41,297 bases of DNA from Sulfurimonadaceae bacterium (GTDB lineage: Bacteria; Campylobacterota; Campylobacteria; Campylobacterales; Sulfurimonadaceae), in assembly GCA_041571435.1 (NCBI GenBank), contig JBFFUI010000016.1, positions 1 to 41,297 on the forward strand, read 5' to 3'. Numbering within the stretch: position 1 is the first letter of the stretch; every line of letters starts with the position of its first letter. Positions 17,375 through 28,500 of this stretch are shown in pieces. The notes beneath the pieces are model-generated. The model was not told the origin of the DNA. It saw only the letters and a program-made list of their open reading frames with translations, and did no database searches. The position numbers and the translations under genes are program-made.

Positions 17375-18550
17375 TTAAACGAGGACGTGCCCCACAAACT
17401 TGCTCATGTTGTCCATGATCTCGCCGCCGCGCCTAAAGCCAAGACCGCAGGCCTCATAGGCAAAAAAGACACCTGCCTGGTATTTGTTGCCCTCATTGTC
17501 TTTGGCAAAGTCTACATACTCTTGGTAGACGGCTCGGTAGTTTTCATACGGCCCATCGGTCTTGGCCACGACTGCACCACTGCCGTCAACGATTCTGGTG
17601 TTGGCACCTTCTCTGCCGAAATGGCGTTTTTCAACGTAGGCACTCTCAAGCGGTTCGTCTGAGGTCCTGAGCAGGTAAGGCGAATCAGGGAAGAGCTCAT
17701 ACAGTACTTTCAACATCCCTTTGGACTGAAACAGAACCGTATAGGCCGGGTTGAGAATGATCGCTTTTTGATTCTGCATGATCGTATTGAGGATGACCGC
17801 CAGTTCACCTTCGTCGCTGCCGATATCTTCCCACGGATAGAGCTTGAACCAGTACTCATAGTCGATCCCGTTGGCATCACTGATCCCATCCTCGTCAAAC
17901 TGGACATTCTGTAAAAACTCAAAACCGGTATTGAAGCCGGCGTCGGTCGCGATCTGCTGCAGTAGACGGGTTGTGACTTCCTCTTCATCCGAACCTTCAA
18001 CGCTTGAGAAGAGGATCTTCCAGCCGTCATAGCGTCCGTCAAAGAGCTCGGTGTCATCAAAGAGAGTGATGAGACGTTTGAAGTTCGCTTCAATGGCTCT
18101 GTAGATGTCATTGAACTGCTTCGCATCATCCATGCCGTTGGCTTTTAACAGGGCCCACTGAAGTACGGCTGTCTCAAACAGACCAGTCGGTGTATCCGCA
18201 TTGAACTCGATGAGTTTGATCGGCTGACCGTCGATCCCGCCGGCAAGGTCAAAACGGCCGTAGATGTGCCAATGCACATCGTTCTCCCAGGACTTTTTGA
18301 TGATCTCTACGATATTGAACGGGATGCCGAGTTCAAAGAAGAGGTCGTTCTCAATGACGTATTCTGCCGCTTCGGCATACATGTCATAGAGGGTGTTGGC
18401 CGCTTCATAATACGCTTCCGCTTCTTTTTGTGACACCTCTACCAGTTGGTCGGCAACATATTTGCTGCCATCCTCGTCTGTGTGCCAGCTGAAACCGATC
18501 TTCTCGAGATCTTCGTCATCCAAAGGAGTGACATTCTGAAGTCTGACCAC
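17375..18550 (-). CDS. Glutathionylspermidine synthase-family ATP-grasp ligase (YgiC/YjfC-like, no amidase domain)
   Basis: YGRFDL, KLIEFNADTPT, FKLYPWE, LFQSKG, FGREGAN. Confidence 0.92.
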   Translation of the reverse strand: MVRLQNVTPLDDEDLEKIGFSWHTDEDGSKYVADQLVEVSQKEAEAYYEAANTLYDMYAEAAEYVIENDLFFELGIPFNIVEIIKKSWENDVHWHIYGRFDLAGGIDGQPIKLIEFNADTPTGLFETAVLQWALLKANGMDDAKQFNDIYRAIEANFKRLITLFDDTELFDGRYDGWKILFSSVEGSDEEEVTTRLLQQIATDAGFNTGFEFLQNVQFDEDGISDANGIDYEYWFKLYPWEDIGSDEGELAVILNTIMQNQKAIILNPAYTVLFQSKGMLKVLYELFPDSPYLLRTSDEPLESAYVEKRHFGREGANTRIVDGSGAVVAKTDGPYENYRAVYQEYVDFAKDNEGNKYQAGVFFAYEACGLGFRRGGEIMDNMSKFVGHVLV

Positions 18551-18553
18551 TTT

Positions 18554-19126
18554 CTAGCCTCCAAAAAAGCTTGTGCGGGTAGACGAACTGCCCACTTTTG
18601 AGCCGCCGAAGAAACTCTTTTTCGATTTCGCAGCGGAGGCTGTTTTGGCAGTAGAACTACGGTGGTAGGCCGATCTGTTAACCGCGTTGGAGTGACGTTG
18701 GAAGTTTTTGTTGCCCATCAAGGCGTTACCGATCATATTCCCCAGCAATGAACCGGCAGCAACCGCAAGGATCGTGCCAGCCAATCCCATTCCCGGTGAG
18801 GCAGAGGGATCCTGGTTCAGTTCAGACTGGCCGCTTTGCATTTTTTGGTACTCCTGTTCCGCGAGGCGGCGCATCTCGTCTTCGTTCATAAACCGTTCCG
18901 TTACGACGCCGTTTTCATCCCGCTCACGAATAATAGAACGTGATGGCCCCTCTGTCGGCATCTCTTCGACAACGACATACTTGCCGTTAGGCAGTTGTTC
19001 GATAATCAAGAAACGGTTTTGTTGTTCCTCCTGCTGCTGTCCGGCACAGCCTGTGATAGCGCTCATCACAACAATTCCCATACTGCCTAGAAGAGCAGCA
19101 GAACCGATAGTTGATATGTGTTTCAA
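18554..19126 (-). CDS. UPF0323-family lipoprotein
   Basis: TTG 19126 with RBS AAAGGG; lipobox ITG-C; glycine-zipper segment; basic Ser-rich tail ending SFFGG. Paired with the Gsp-like ligase as in Campylobacter/Helicobacter. Confidence 0.8.
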   Translation of the reverse strand: MKHISTIGSAALLGSMGIVVMSAITGCAGQQQEEQQNRFLIIEQLPNGKYVVVEEMPTEGPSRSIIRERDENGVVTERFMNEDEMRRLAEQEYQKMQSGQSELNQDPSASPGMGLAGTILAVAAGSLLGNMIGNALMGNKNFQRHSNAVNRSAYHRSSTAKTASAAKSKKSFFGGSKVGSSSTRTSFFGG

Positions 19127-19136
19127 AATTTTCCCT

Positions 19137-19571
19137 TTAACGTAATCGTCGAATTTTTTTACGGTGTAATTTATAGATAGTCGATGCCTTGCCCTCATAG
19201 AGTCCGCGTTCATCTTCGACAATGAGGTCGGCTCTCTCTTTTGCAAACGTGATCTCGAATGATTTTCCTGCCTCGTTGGCCGAGGTACTGTACAACCAGC
19301 CGTATCTTGTCAGAAGATGGTGATGCGGGCCCTCCGAAACAATGCGGATCGCGCGGTTCTTGATGACATAGGTTGTCGTTTTTGAGCGTCGTAAACGCTT
19401 TTTATGTCTGTTGGGAACGCGCCCGCCCATCTTGGTGTAGGTTTCAAGCGTATCAAAACTCTGTATAAAAGGCTTGTCGGAGGGACGCTCTTTGATAGAG
19501 GCAAGTTTTCGAGCATCTTGAGAGAGAAAACCGACAGTGGTGTCGGTCTGGGCCAGTATCACTTGGTGCAT
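19137..19571 (-). CDS. Sua5/YciO/YrdC-family protein (short TsaC-like)
   Basis: LAQTDTTVG, KERPSDKPF, LYSTSAN, ASTI; ATG 19571 directly follows the carB stop. Confidence 0.82.
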   Translation of the reverse strand: MHQVILAQTDTTVGFLSQDARKLASIKERPSDKPFIQSFDTLETYTKMGGRVPNRHKKRLRRSKTTTYVIKNRAIRIVSEGPHHHLLTRYGWLYSTSANEAGKSFEITFAKERADLIVEDERGLYEGKASTIYKLHRKKIRRLR

Positions 19572-19572
19572 G

Positions 19573-22500
19573 CTAGTTGTTAAGATACTCTTGCAGTGCC
19601 TGCGGCGCATTCCAGTTTGCATCTTTCATCTGTGAAAGCGCATCGATCGCTGAACGGGCAGCACTGAGTGTCGTAAAGTAAGGGATGTTCATCGCAAGAA
19701 CGATCTGGCGGATAACGACAGCATCTTTTTTTGCCGTGTTGTTGTCAGAAGTGTTGATCGCCATAGTAATGTCGCCGTTTTTCATCATATCCTGGATATT
19801 TGGACGTCCTTCAGAGATCTTAAGCACGCGCTCACATGGAATACCCGCTTCTTCAATGATCTGCTGTGTCCCTTTTGTCGCTACCAGTTTGAACCCAGCT
19901 TCGTGCAGGCCACGTGCGATCTCAGGTGCATGTTTTTTGTCCATGTCAATGAACGAGAGGAAACAGGTACCTTCGGTCGGGATCTTGTTGCCTGCGGCCA
20001 TCTGTGCTTTGGCGAAACTTTTACCAAAGTTGTTGCTGATACCCATGACCTCACCCGTTGACTTCATCTCCGGGCTAAGGACAAGGTCGGCGCCGTAAAG
20101 TTTATGGAACGGGAAGACTGCCTCTTTGATCGCGATGTGGTCTTTAAGCTGCGGCTTAAGCAGACCATTGCCTTCAATGACCACTTTGTACGCATCATAG
20201 AAGGCCAGAGCGTCACGAAGGTTTTCACCCATCATGACACGTGTGGCGACTTTTGCCAACGGTACACCTGTCGCTTTGGAGACAAACGGTACCGTACGTG
20301 ATGCACGCGGGTTGACCTCGATAAGATAGACCTCATTTTCATAGATGGCGTACTGAACATTCATGAGACCGACGACTTCAAGACCAAGTGCGATGGTCTT
20401 TGTCTGCTGCTCAACTTGCTCAAGAAGATCTTTGCTCAGGTTAAGCGGCGGCAGTGAACATGCCGAGTCACCAGAGTGGATACCGGCCTCTTCGATATGC
20501 TGCATGACAGAACCGATATAGACCTCTTTACCGTCACTGATACAGTCGACATCAAGCTCTACTGCCTGATCAAGGAACTTGTCGACAAGAACTGGCGCGT
20601 CGTTGGATACAGAGACCGCTTCGTCCATATAGGTACGAAGCTCACTCTCGTTGTAGACGATACGCATCGCACGTCCGCCAAGAACAAATGAAGGACGTAC
20701 AAGTACCGGATAAGTCAGTCTCTCAGCGATGACGACCGCCTCTTCTTTAGTTGTAGCCAAGCCATTTTTCGGCTGTAACAGGTTGTTTCTTTCAACAAAC
20801 TCAGAAAACTGTTTTCTATCTTCGGCAAGATCGATGACGCGTGCCGGTGTACCGCTGATCTTGGCACCGATCGCTGTTAACGGGTTGGCAAGCTTCAGCG
20901 GGGTCTGACCGCCGAAGTGAACGATAATACCGTCCGGCTCTTCTGCTTCGATCACTTCACGGACATGTTCAAAGTCGATCGGCTCAAAATAGAGAACATC
21001 AGACGTGTCGTAGTCAGTAGAGACCGTTTCCGGATTACAGTTGTACATGATGGTTTCATGACCCATGTCGTTCAGGGCAAATGCTGCGTGCACACAACAG
21101 TAGTCAAACTCGATACCCTGACCGATACGGTTAGGACCGCCGCCGAGAATAAGAACTTTTTTCTTATCGGAAGTACGTTTTTCAGCAGCTGGCAGTTTTG
21201 TGATGTTGGTCGTTGAGTAGAGGTACGGTGTCAGTGCTTCAAATTCTGCGGCACAGGTGTCGACTTCATTATATTCGAGGTGGATACCGAGACGTTTGCG
21301 TGCAGCATAGACATCGTTTTCACTCATGCCGCTTGAGCAGTTCTTTGTGATCAGTTTTGCGATACGTTTGTCCGAGAAACCGTCTGTTTTGAGTTTACGG
21401 AAGGCTTTTTCATCGTTAAGGAGCTCAAGGTTGATCTCTTTTTCACTGTTGATGATCTCTTCAAGCTGGTAGAGGAACCAAGGGTCGATCTTACAGGTGT
21501 CGAAGATCTCTTCAACACTCATACCGCGGCGAAGCCCCTCTGCAACATAGAGAGCACGTTCTGCATTGGGACGGCGGATCTCATGCTGGATAAACTCATC
21601 ATCGCCTTCCATCTCATCAAAACCGCTGAGACCGGTTTCCAGTGAGCAGAGTGCTTTTTGCATTGACTCTTTGAAGGTACGGCCGATCGCCATAACCTCA
21701 CCGACTGATTTCATCGACGTTGAGAGTGTTGATTCAGCTTCGGGGAACTTTTCAAATGTAAAGCGCGGGATCTTCGTGACCACGTAGTCGATGACTGGCT
21801 CAAATGCGGCCGGCGTACCCGTAATGTCATTGGTGATCTCATCAAGCGTGAAGCCGACAGCAAGAAGCGTTGCCACTTTTGCGATCGGATAACCTGTCGC
21901 TTTGGAAGCAAGTGCCGATGAACGCGAAACACGCGGGTTCATCTCGATAACGATCATACGACCCGTTTTCGGATCGACTGAGAACTGCACGTTTGAACCG
22001 CCGGTGTCAACACCGATCTCGCGAAGGATGTCAAACGAAGCGTCACGCATACGCTGATACTCTTTGTCGGTCAGAGTAAGCGCAGGGGCAACCGTGATTG
22101 AGTCACCGGTGTGGACACCCATCGGGTCGAAGTTTTCGATAGAACAGACGATGATACAGTTGTCCGCCGAGTCACGGATAACCTCCATCTCATACTCTTT
22201 CCAGCCCAGAAGGGACTCTTCGACCAGGATCTCTGTGATCGGGCTTTCGTCTAGACCGCGCTGTGCCAGTTCTTTGTACTCATCGATGTTGTAGGCAACA
22301 CCTGAACCGCCTCCGGCAAGGGTGAATGATGCACGGATTATGATCGGGAAACCGATCTCTTCAGCTGCCTCAAGTGCTTCGTCCATGTTGTGTGCATAGC
22401 GAGAATGCGGCAGGTCCATGCCCAGTTTGATCATCGCTTCTTTGAAGGCCGTACGGTCTTCACCTTTGGTGATTGCTTCGGGTTTTGCACCCAGGAACTC

Positions 22501-22833
22501 AATACCTTCAAGCATACCGGCTTCATGCATCTGCATCGCAGCGTTAAGCGCTGTCTGACCACCCATCGTCGGCAAGATGGCATCGACATTCTCTTTTTTG
22601 ATGATCTCAGAGATAATCTCAGGTTTGATCGGTTCGATATAGGTACGGTCGGCAAACTCCGGATCGGTCATAATGGTCGCCGGGTTCGAGTTAATAAGGA
22701 CTACCCGGTAGCCCAGCTCTTTCAGTGTTTTAACGGCTTGTGTCCCTGAATAATCGAATTCACATGCCTGGCCGATGATGATCGGTCCAGAACCAATAAG
22801 TAGTATAGTCTTGATGTCTTCGCGTTTTGGCAT
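19573..22833 (-). CDS. carB: Carbamoyl-phosphate synthase large subunit
   Basis: [18 protein letters not shown], duplicated ATP-grasp domains, C-terminal MGS domain. Confidence 0.99.
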   Translation of the reverse strand: MPKREDIKTILLIGSGPIIIGQACEFDYSGTQAVKTLKELGYRVVLINSNPATIMTDPEFADRTYIEPIKPEIISEIIKKENVDAILPTMGGQTALNAAMQMHEAGMLEGIEFLGAKPEAITKGEDRTAFKEAMIKLGMDLPHSRYAHNMDEALEAAEEIGFPIIIRASFTLAGGGSGVAYNIDEYKELAQRGLDESPITEILVEESLLGWKEYEMEVIRDSADNCIIVCSIENFDPMGVHTGDSITVAPALTLTDKEYQRMRDASFDILREIGVDTGGSNVQFSVDPKTGRMIVIEMNPRVSRSSALASKATGYPIAKVATLLAVGFTLDEITNDITGTPAAFEPVIDYVVTKIPRFTFEKFPEAESTLSTSMKSVGEVMAIGRTFKESMQKALCSLETGLSGFDEMEGDDEFIQHEIRRPNAERALYVAEGLRRGMSVEEIFDTCKIDPWFLYQLEEIINSEKEINLELLNDEKAFRKLKTDGFSDKRIAKLITKNCSSGMSENDVYAARKRLGIHLEYNEVDTCAAEFEALTPYLYSTTNITKLPAAEKRTSDKKKVLILGGGPNRIGQGIEFDYCCVHAAFALNDMGHETIMYNCNPETVSTDYDTSDVLYFEPIDFEHVREVIEAEEPDGIIVHFGGQTPLKLANPLTAIGAKISGTPARVIDLAEDRKQFSEFVERNNLLQPKNGLATTKEEAVVIAERLTYPVLVRPSFVLGGRAMRIVYNESELRTYMDEAVSVSNDAPVLVDKFLDQAVELDVDCISDGKEVYIGSVMQHIEEAGIHSGDSACSLPPLNLSKDLLEQVEQQTKTIALGLEVVGLMNVQYAIYENEVYLIEVNPRASRTVPFVSKATGVPLAKVATRVMMGENLRDALAFYDAYKVVIEGNGLLKPQLKDHIAIKEAVFPFHKLYGADLVLSPEMKSTGEVMGISNNFGKSFAKAQMAAGNKIPTEGTCFLSFIDMDKKHAPEIARGLHEAGFKLVATKGTQQIIEEAGIPCERVLKISEGRPNIQDMMKNGDITMAINTSDNNTAKKDAVVIRQIVLAMNIPYFTTLSAARSAIDALSQMKDANWNAPQALQEYLNN

Positions 22834-23134
22834 TATGACCCTTCGAAAATGTATAAAAATTTGCTAATTATAGGGAAGTGGTACTTAAAAAGTGGTGAAG
22901 AGTCTTCAAGTTTAGATGGAGTTTTACTAACTTTTTTTACGGAGCAAGAACAGGGTGGTAAAATTGTTTTAAGCAGAGTAGAGTACATCTCTTCGAACCC
23001 TGAGAAAATAGAATAGAAAAAGAGAGGCTGCATTGGCTACAGCAGCATGTATGCAGCAAAAAATGCTAAAAGATAAGCTGTTAAGTGTAACAATCAAGAT
23101 GAACAGGTAGAATAAGTAGAGAAAGGGAGAAAAA

Positions 23135-24115
23135 ATGCATGTCTTGATCACAGGTGGCGCCGGATTTATCGGTTCAAATATCGCACAGTTTCATCTTGAC
23201 CGTGGTGATAGGGTCCATGTTGTTGATAACCTCTCTACCGGCCAGTTGAAGAATATTGAAACGATGATGAAAAACAGTGACTTTATTTTTGATGAAGCCG
23301 ATATCTTACTCTGGGAGAGTCTGGAGAAAGCGGTCGGATGGGCTGACCGGATCTACCATATGGCTGCTGTTGTCGGTGTCTTCAGGGTGCTTCACGAGCC
23401 TGTATCGGTATTGGCTACCAACATAGCCGGCTGCGAACGCTTACTGCGTGCGATGCACAAAAGCCGATGGAACACCAAGCTTGTTATGGCATCGACCTCA
23501 GAGGTCTATGGCAACCGTCCCGGCAACGAGCCACTGCATGAAGAGATGGAGCTGCACGTAAAACCGGGACACAATACCCGCTGGAACTACTCTATCAGCA
23601 AACTTGCCGATGAAGCAATGGGGCTCTCATATGCCCGTGAGTATGAGATGGACATTACGGTCGTCCGCTTTTTCAACGTGGTCGGACCAAATCAGACAGG
23701 AAAGTATGGCATGGTCGTACCGCGATTTGTCAAACAGGCACTTGCAAATGAATCAATGACGGTATTTGGTGACGGCTCCCAGATTCGGGCATTCACGGAT
23801 GTACGTGATGTCGTCAACATGCTGGATGCCCTGGCAGAAAACCCTGAAAGCAGCGGCGAGATTATTAATGTCGGATCCACGCATGAGATTACCATCAAAG
23901 CATTGGCAGAACTGATCAAAGCCCGTGCCAAGAGCAGTTCAGAGATCGCATTTGTCCCGTATGACGAGGCGTACGGTGTTGATTTTGAAGAGATATTCCA
24001 TCGTAAGCCTGCGCTCTCAAAAGTAAAACGGCTAACGGGTTATGACGTCAAGTGGTCTCTTGAAGAGACGATTGATGATCTGATCGCCCGTCAATCTAGT
24101 AAAAAAGGAAAGTAA
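23135..24115 (+). CDS. Extended-SDR NAD-dependent nucleotide-sugar epimerase/decarboxylase
   Basis: ITGGAGFIGS, HMAAVVGV, ASTSEVYG, RWNYSISK (YxxxK), RFFNVVGP, FGDGSQIR. Confidence 0.92.
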   Translation: MHVLITGGAGFIGSNIAQFHLDRGDRVHVVDNLSTGQLKNIETMMKNSDFIFDEADILLWESLEKAVGWADRIYHMAAVVGVFRVLHEPVSVLATNIAGCERLLRAMHKSRWNTKLVMASTSEVYGNRPGNEPLHEEMELHVKPGHNTRWNYSISKLADEAMGLSYAREYEMDITVVRFFNVVGPNQTGKYGMVVPRFVKQALANESMTVFGDGSQIRAFTDVRDVVNMLDALAENPESSGEIINVGSTHEITIKALAELIKARAKSSSEIAFVPYDEAYGVDFEEIFHRKPALSKVKRLTGYDVKWSLEETIDDLIARQSSKKGK

Positions 24116-25503
24116 TGGCAACAACACCCTATTTTATATTGAGTCCCAACCTGGTTTTAAGTATTGTCGGAATGCTGCACGGCCCTGACAAAACGGAAGC
24201 GACACCGGCAGAAGACTGGCGTGAAGCGACGGTTGATGTCGTTATACCCGCACTGAACGAGGAAAAGAACATTGTTCTCTGCCTCTCATCGCTACTGAAA
24301 CAGACGCTCAAGCCCAACCGTATTATTTTGATTGATGACGGCAGTACGGACAATACGGTCGGCTACGCTAAAGAGTTTTGTGAAGAGAACGGTATGGAGA
24401 TCATCGCTATTCGGCGTGAAAAGCCTATCGGAAAGACACCGACGATCAAACGGCAGTCGCGTGAATTTGACAGTGATGTGGAGTTTATTCTGGATGCCGA
24501 TACCTTTTTGGATTCGGACAACTATATAGAGCGCACAGTGCAGGAGCTCTATCAGGGAGCAGGTATCGCCAGTGCCTGCGGTACGATCATGCCGATGCGC
24601 GACAAAGATAGACGAAGAATGCTTGAGACCGAAGAGATCAGGAAGTTTCAAGAGTGCTTCCATGACGCGCATATGCTGCCGAAGCAGGATCTGTTCCACA
24701 TCGTAATGCGCCGTTTAAGCAACATCTATCGGGATGTGCTCTACGTCTTTTTGCAAAAGTTTGTCTATCACGGGCAGATGGTCTTTTTCGGTTCCATCAC
24801 AAATCCGGTGGGGTGTGCTGTGGCATATCGTCGCAAGTATGTTGAGAAGCTGTTTGATCAGTATGAACCGATATTTGGCGATGACTTGACCAACTCTGAA
24901 GATATTTTTATCGGTTTTGCGATGCTTAAACATGGCTATCGCAATATTCAGTTAATGGATGTCTATGCCAGGTCGCAGGAACCGGAAGCAGAACATCTGC
25001 CGCATGAGATCTACCTCTGGTCCTCATCGTTTTTTCAGAGCTGTTACTATTTTGATGACCTGGTGCGTAGCCCTTTGAAGTCGTTCAAACGTTACCGTAT
25101 GCATCGTAAGATGGAGAGAGAACATGGTGAAGAGATACGACAAAAACGCAAGATCGCTGAACCCTACCGTCAAGCATTCGGCGATCATGTAACAACCCAG
25201 TACGGCCGTCCGATGGGGTGGGTTATCTTTATGTCACTGATTGAAAAGACATTCTTCCCTGCGGCACTGTTGATCATGATCATACTGCAGTTATGGGAAC
25301 CGCTGTTGCTAACATTTGCTATTGAGACCCTGATCTCGGTCGGTATCCTGACCGCGATCAGTAAAGGAGAGCGATGGCGCTACTTTTTAAAAGGCATTGT
25401 GGCAACACCGATGCGCTATGCAAGTGTCATGTATGACCTCGTTACGATGATGCGTTTTGCTAAAGATATCTGGTTCGGAAAAAAAGAAGGATGGCGAAAA
25501 TGA
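24115..25503 (+). CDS. Membrane GT2 glycosyltransferase, processive-synthase-like
   Basis: VVIPALNEE, IDDGSTD, GK, ILDAD, VGCAVAYRR, SEDIFIG, EIYLW and C-terminal TM helices; TAATG overlap with the upstream gene. Confidence 0.88.
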   Translation: MATTPYFILSPNLVLSIVGMLHGPDKTEATPAEDWREATVDVVIPALNEEKNIVLCLSSLLKQTLKPNRIILIDDGSTDNTVGYAKEFCEENGMEIIAIRREKPIGKTPTIKRQSREFDSDVEFILDADTFLDSDNYIERTVQELYQGAGIASACGTIMPMRDKDRRRMLETEEIRKFQECFHDAHMLPKQDLFHIVMRRLSNIYRDVLYVFLQKFVYHGQMVFFGSITNPVGCAVAYRRKYVEKLFDQYEPIFGDDLTNSEDIFIGFAMLKHGYRNIQLMDVYARSQEPEAEHLPHEIYLWSSSFFQSCYYFDDLVRSPLKSFKRYRMHRKMEREHGEEIRQKRKIAEPYRQAFGDHVTTQYGRPMGWVIFMSLIEKTFFPAALLIMIILQLWEPLLLTFAIETLISVGILTAISKGERWRYFLKGIVATPMRYASVMYDLVTMMRFAKDIWFGKKEGWRK

Positions 25504-28500
25504 GACTACTCTTACTAGTATTGATTACAACCGCTATTAGTTTTTGTGCGCAGGGGGATATCCCTTATACAGGGTTAAAAGCGGAGATGGACAAACGTTG
25601 GAATGATGCTGCAAACGTCTATGAAGATGCCGTCTGGAATGATCCCTCCCGTGTTGATCTTTATTTGAGACTGGCAGACATCTACAGCTTGGAAAAAGAG
25701 TATGAAAAAGCATCAGATACCCTCAGACGAGCGATCGAAGTCGCACCGGAGAGGGTTGAGCTTTACGTGAAGCTCTCTGATGTCTATGCTGTTGACAACA
25801 AACCGGACAAAGCCCTGCAGGCGATCGAATCAGCACTGCGTCTTGAGCCGGAGAACAGAGAGATATTGATGGCGCATGCCAAGATCGCCAACTGGACGAA
25901 ACGACCGAAACTGGCCATAGGGAGTCTTGAAAAGATCCTGGAGCAGGACCCAAACGACAAAGAGGCCCGACTGCTGCTTGCAAAGTCGCAAGAGTGGGCT
26001 AAAGAGCTGGATGATGCGATTGATGAATACCGGATCTATCTGGAAAAAAACCCTGATGATCTAAAGGTGCGTCTGGACCTTGCCCAGATCCAATATATTG
26101 TTGATGACGTCAACGGTTCGAATGCAACTATGGAGGCTGTGTTTGATGATGTGTTTAAAGAGAAGCCTGCTATTGGATTGGATCAGCATGATCAAGGTAC
26201 GCAAGAGATCCCTGTTCTTTTATACCACTGTATTGGAAAAACAGCGCCTAACAGTTATTGGGTCACCGAAGATGAGTTTTCGTCACAGATGCAGTTTCTT
26301 AAAGAGGAGGGGTACGAGTCAATTTCGACAAATGCGCTGGATGATGGCACGCGCCTTCCAAAAAAACCGGTCCTGATTACCTTTGACGACGGTTGTCAGA
26401 ACCTCTACACACAAGCTTATCCCATCTTAAAAGAGAATGGGCTTTTTGCTGAGATATACCTGATCAGCGATGCGATGGCTGAGACAGATGCTGAACGCAA
26501 ACAGAGCAGTACAGAGCAGTTTGGTGAGATGGGCAAGTCCTCCGTGACAACCTACCTGACCTGGCCGGAAATCAAAGAGATGGCTGACAACGGTATGGTC
26601 TTCGGTTCGCACTCAAAATCGCATCGTATGATGGTAGAGCTCAGTAAAGAAGATATCGCGTACGAACTGATGTATTCCAAACTCGCGATCTATGCGAATA
26701 CTGGTGTGACAGTGAAGAGTTTTGCCTACCCGTTTGGCAACGGCAACACGAGTGCTTCGATACACAAAATGCTGAGAAAGTATGGTTTCAGCAAGGCTAT
26801 GGCGGCAGAGGGAGGCCTGGAACCGCTCAAAGATACAGATATGCTGAACATATCCCGTATCGAGGTCTACGGGGCGCATCCGAGCATCGATCCTAATAGC
26901 AAAGGGGTCTCGGTTACGCTTGATCCGTCACGTCCGGCAGATCAGTTCAGTGCCAAACTCGATCCATCCGATGCAGAACGTTTTTTCGAAGAGTCTAATA
27001 GGTATACGGCAGCCGGAGAGTTGCAAAAAGCCCTTGCCTCGATCGATGAATCGGTTCGACTCGAACCGAACAATATCCGCTATCTTGGTACAAGACTGCA
27101 TGCTGCTGGTGCCGCTAAAAATGTCAGCAAGGCACTTGATAGTGCGGAGAGGATATATCAACTGGATCCGGAAAACACCAGCAATGTACTTGAACTGGCC
27201 AGGACCATGGTATGGGAGAACGACCTGAACGGCGCGGCGCGTTATTATGCCTACTATCATGAAAGACACCCTAAAGACCAGGAGGTCTATATTGAGTACG
27301 CACAGGTCCAGATGTGGCGAGGTGATTATGACGCGGCAATCGATATACTTGAAGCGTATAAAACAATGTTCGGCAGTGATGACAGCTATACCATCACCAA
27401 AGCGGACGCATTGGCCTGGGCAAACCGTCCAAGCCGTTCATTTGAACTGCTTGGGCCGATTTTAGAAAAAAGTCCGGATGATTATAATGCCAACTACATC
27501 AACACCGTAGCGCTTTATAATCACAGAGAGCCGATCGCAGCCGTAGAGAGTCTTGAAAAGGTTGAGAAGATCGCACCGGAGGCCAACGAGAACAGCTTTT
27601 TACGGAAGTATGTCACGACCTCGTCACGGACCTCCGTCACAGGCGGGTTGGAGTATCGATTCGATTCAGATAAGGTTAGTATCGCTTCGGCAGTCCTCGG
27701 CGGAGAGTACTATTTTACACCCGCAACCAATATCTATGCGCTTGGTCGTATCGATTATCTTCATGTGACAGGTCCTAACACGGCTGCTTTTGGTACAAAA
27801 GCACTCCACAGCGCCTTGCGGGTCGGTGTGTCACACCGATTTTCATCGCTGCTGAAGGCCGGTGCCTATATCGGAGCGGCCAAAGCCGAAAGCAACAGCG
27901 ATGCTGTTTATGGGGCAAGTCTGTCGCTGGTACCGCATGATCAGCTTTCCCTCTCTATGACCTATGATCACCGCTATTTTGTGGTCACGCCAAGAACAGT
28001 AGAGTTGGGGATTACAGATGATGCATTGAGGGCTGGCCTGCACTGGGATCAGACACTGCTCTGGTATGCTGACCTTTTAGGCGGGTATGATGTGATGTCT
28101 GATAACAACAACCGCTGGAATGCCGATCTTTCAGAGATGAGGAAAATGCTGCGATCACAATACTGGAACATAGATGCCGGCGTCACTGCATTGTTATACG
28201 GCTATGACGATGAGCTGATCGGCGCTGACGACGGGTATTATGCACCGGAGCTCTATCAGGGGTATTACCTTACAGGAAGCTTCAATCGGGTTTTGAGCGG
28301 TGATGACAGCCTTAACCTTCTGGTCAATGCCGGTGTATTCAAAGATAACAACATGGACAATTTTGAAATAGGGGGCAGCCTCTATCTTGAAGGACTGTTC
28401 GGAATCTATCGTGATTGGATGTTCAAGGCGAGTGCCGGTGTGGATTACAGTGGCCGATATTATGATGAGTCCTACAGAGGTGCCTCACTGCAGCTGTATG

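Noticed and set aside
23033-23060. Possible sigma54 promoter (TTGGCTAC...ATGCA) upstream of the EPS operon
   Set aside because: GG-to-GC spacing does not fit the required -24/-12 geometry.
22833-23151. Short ORFs 22833-23033 and 22969-23151 in the carB/EPS intergenic region
   Set aside because: Low-complexity Phe/Leu-rich translations of purine-skewed promoter DNA, with no convincing RBS or family signal.
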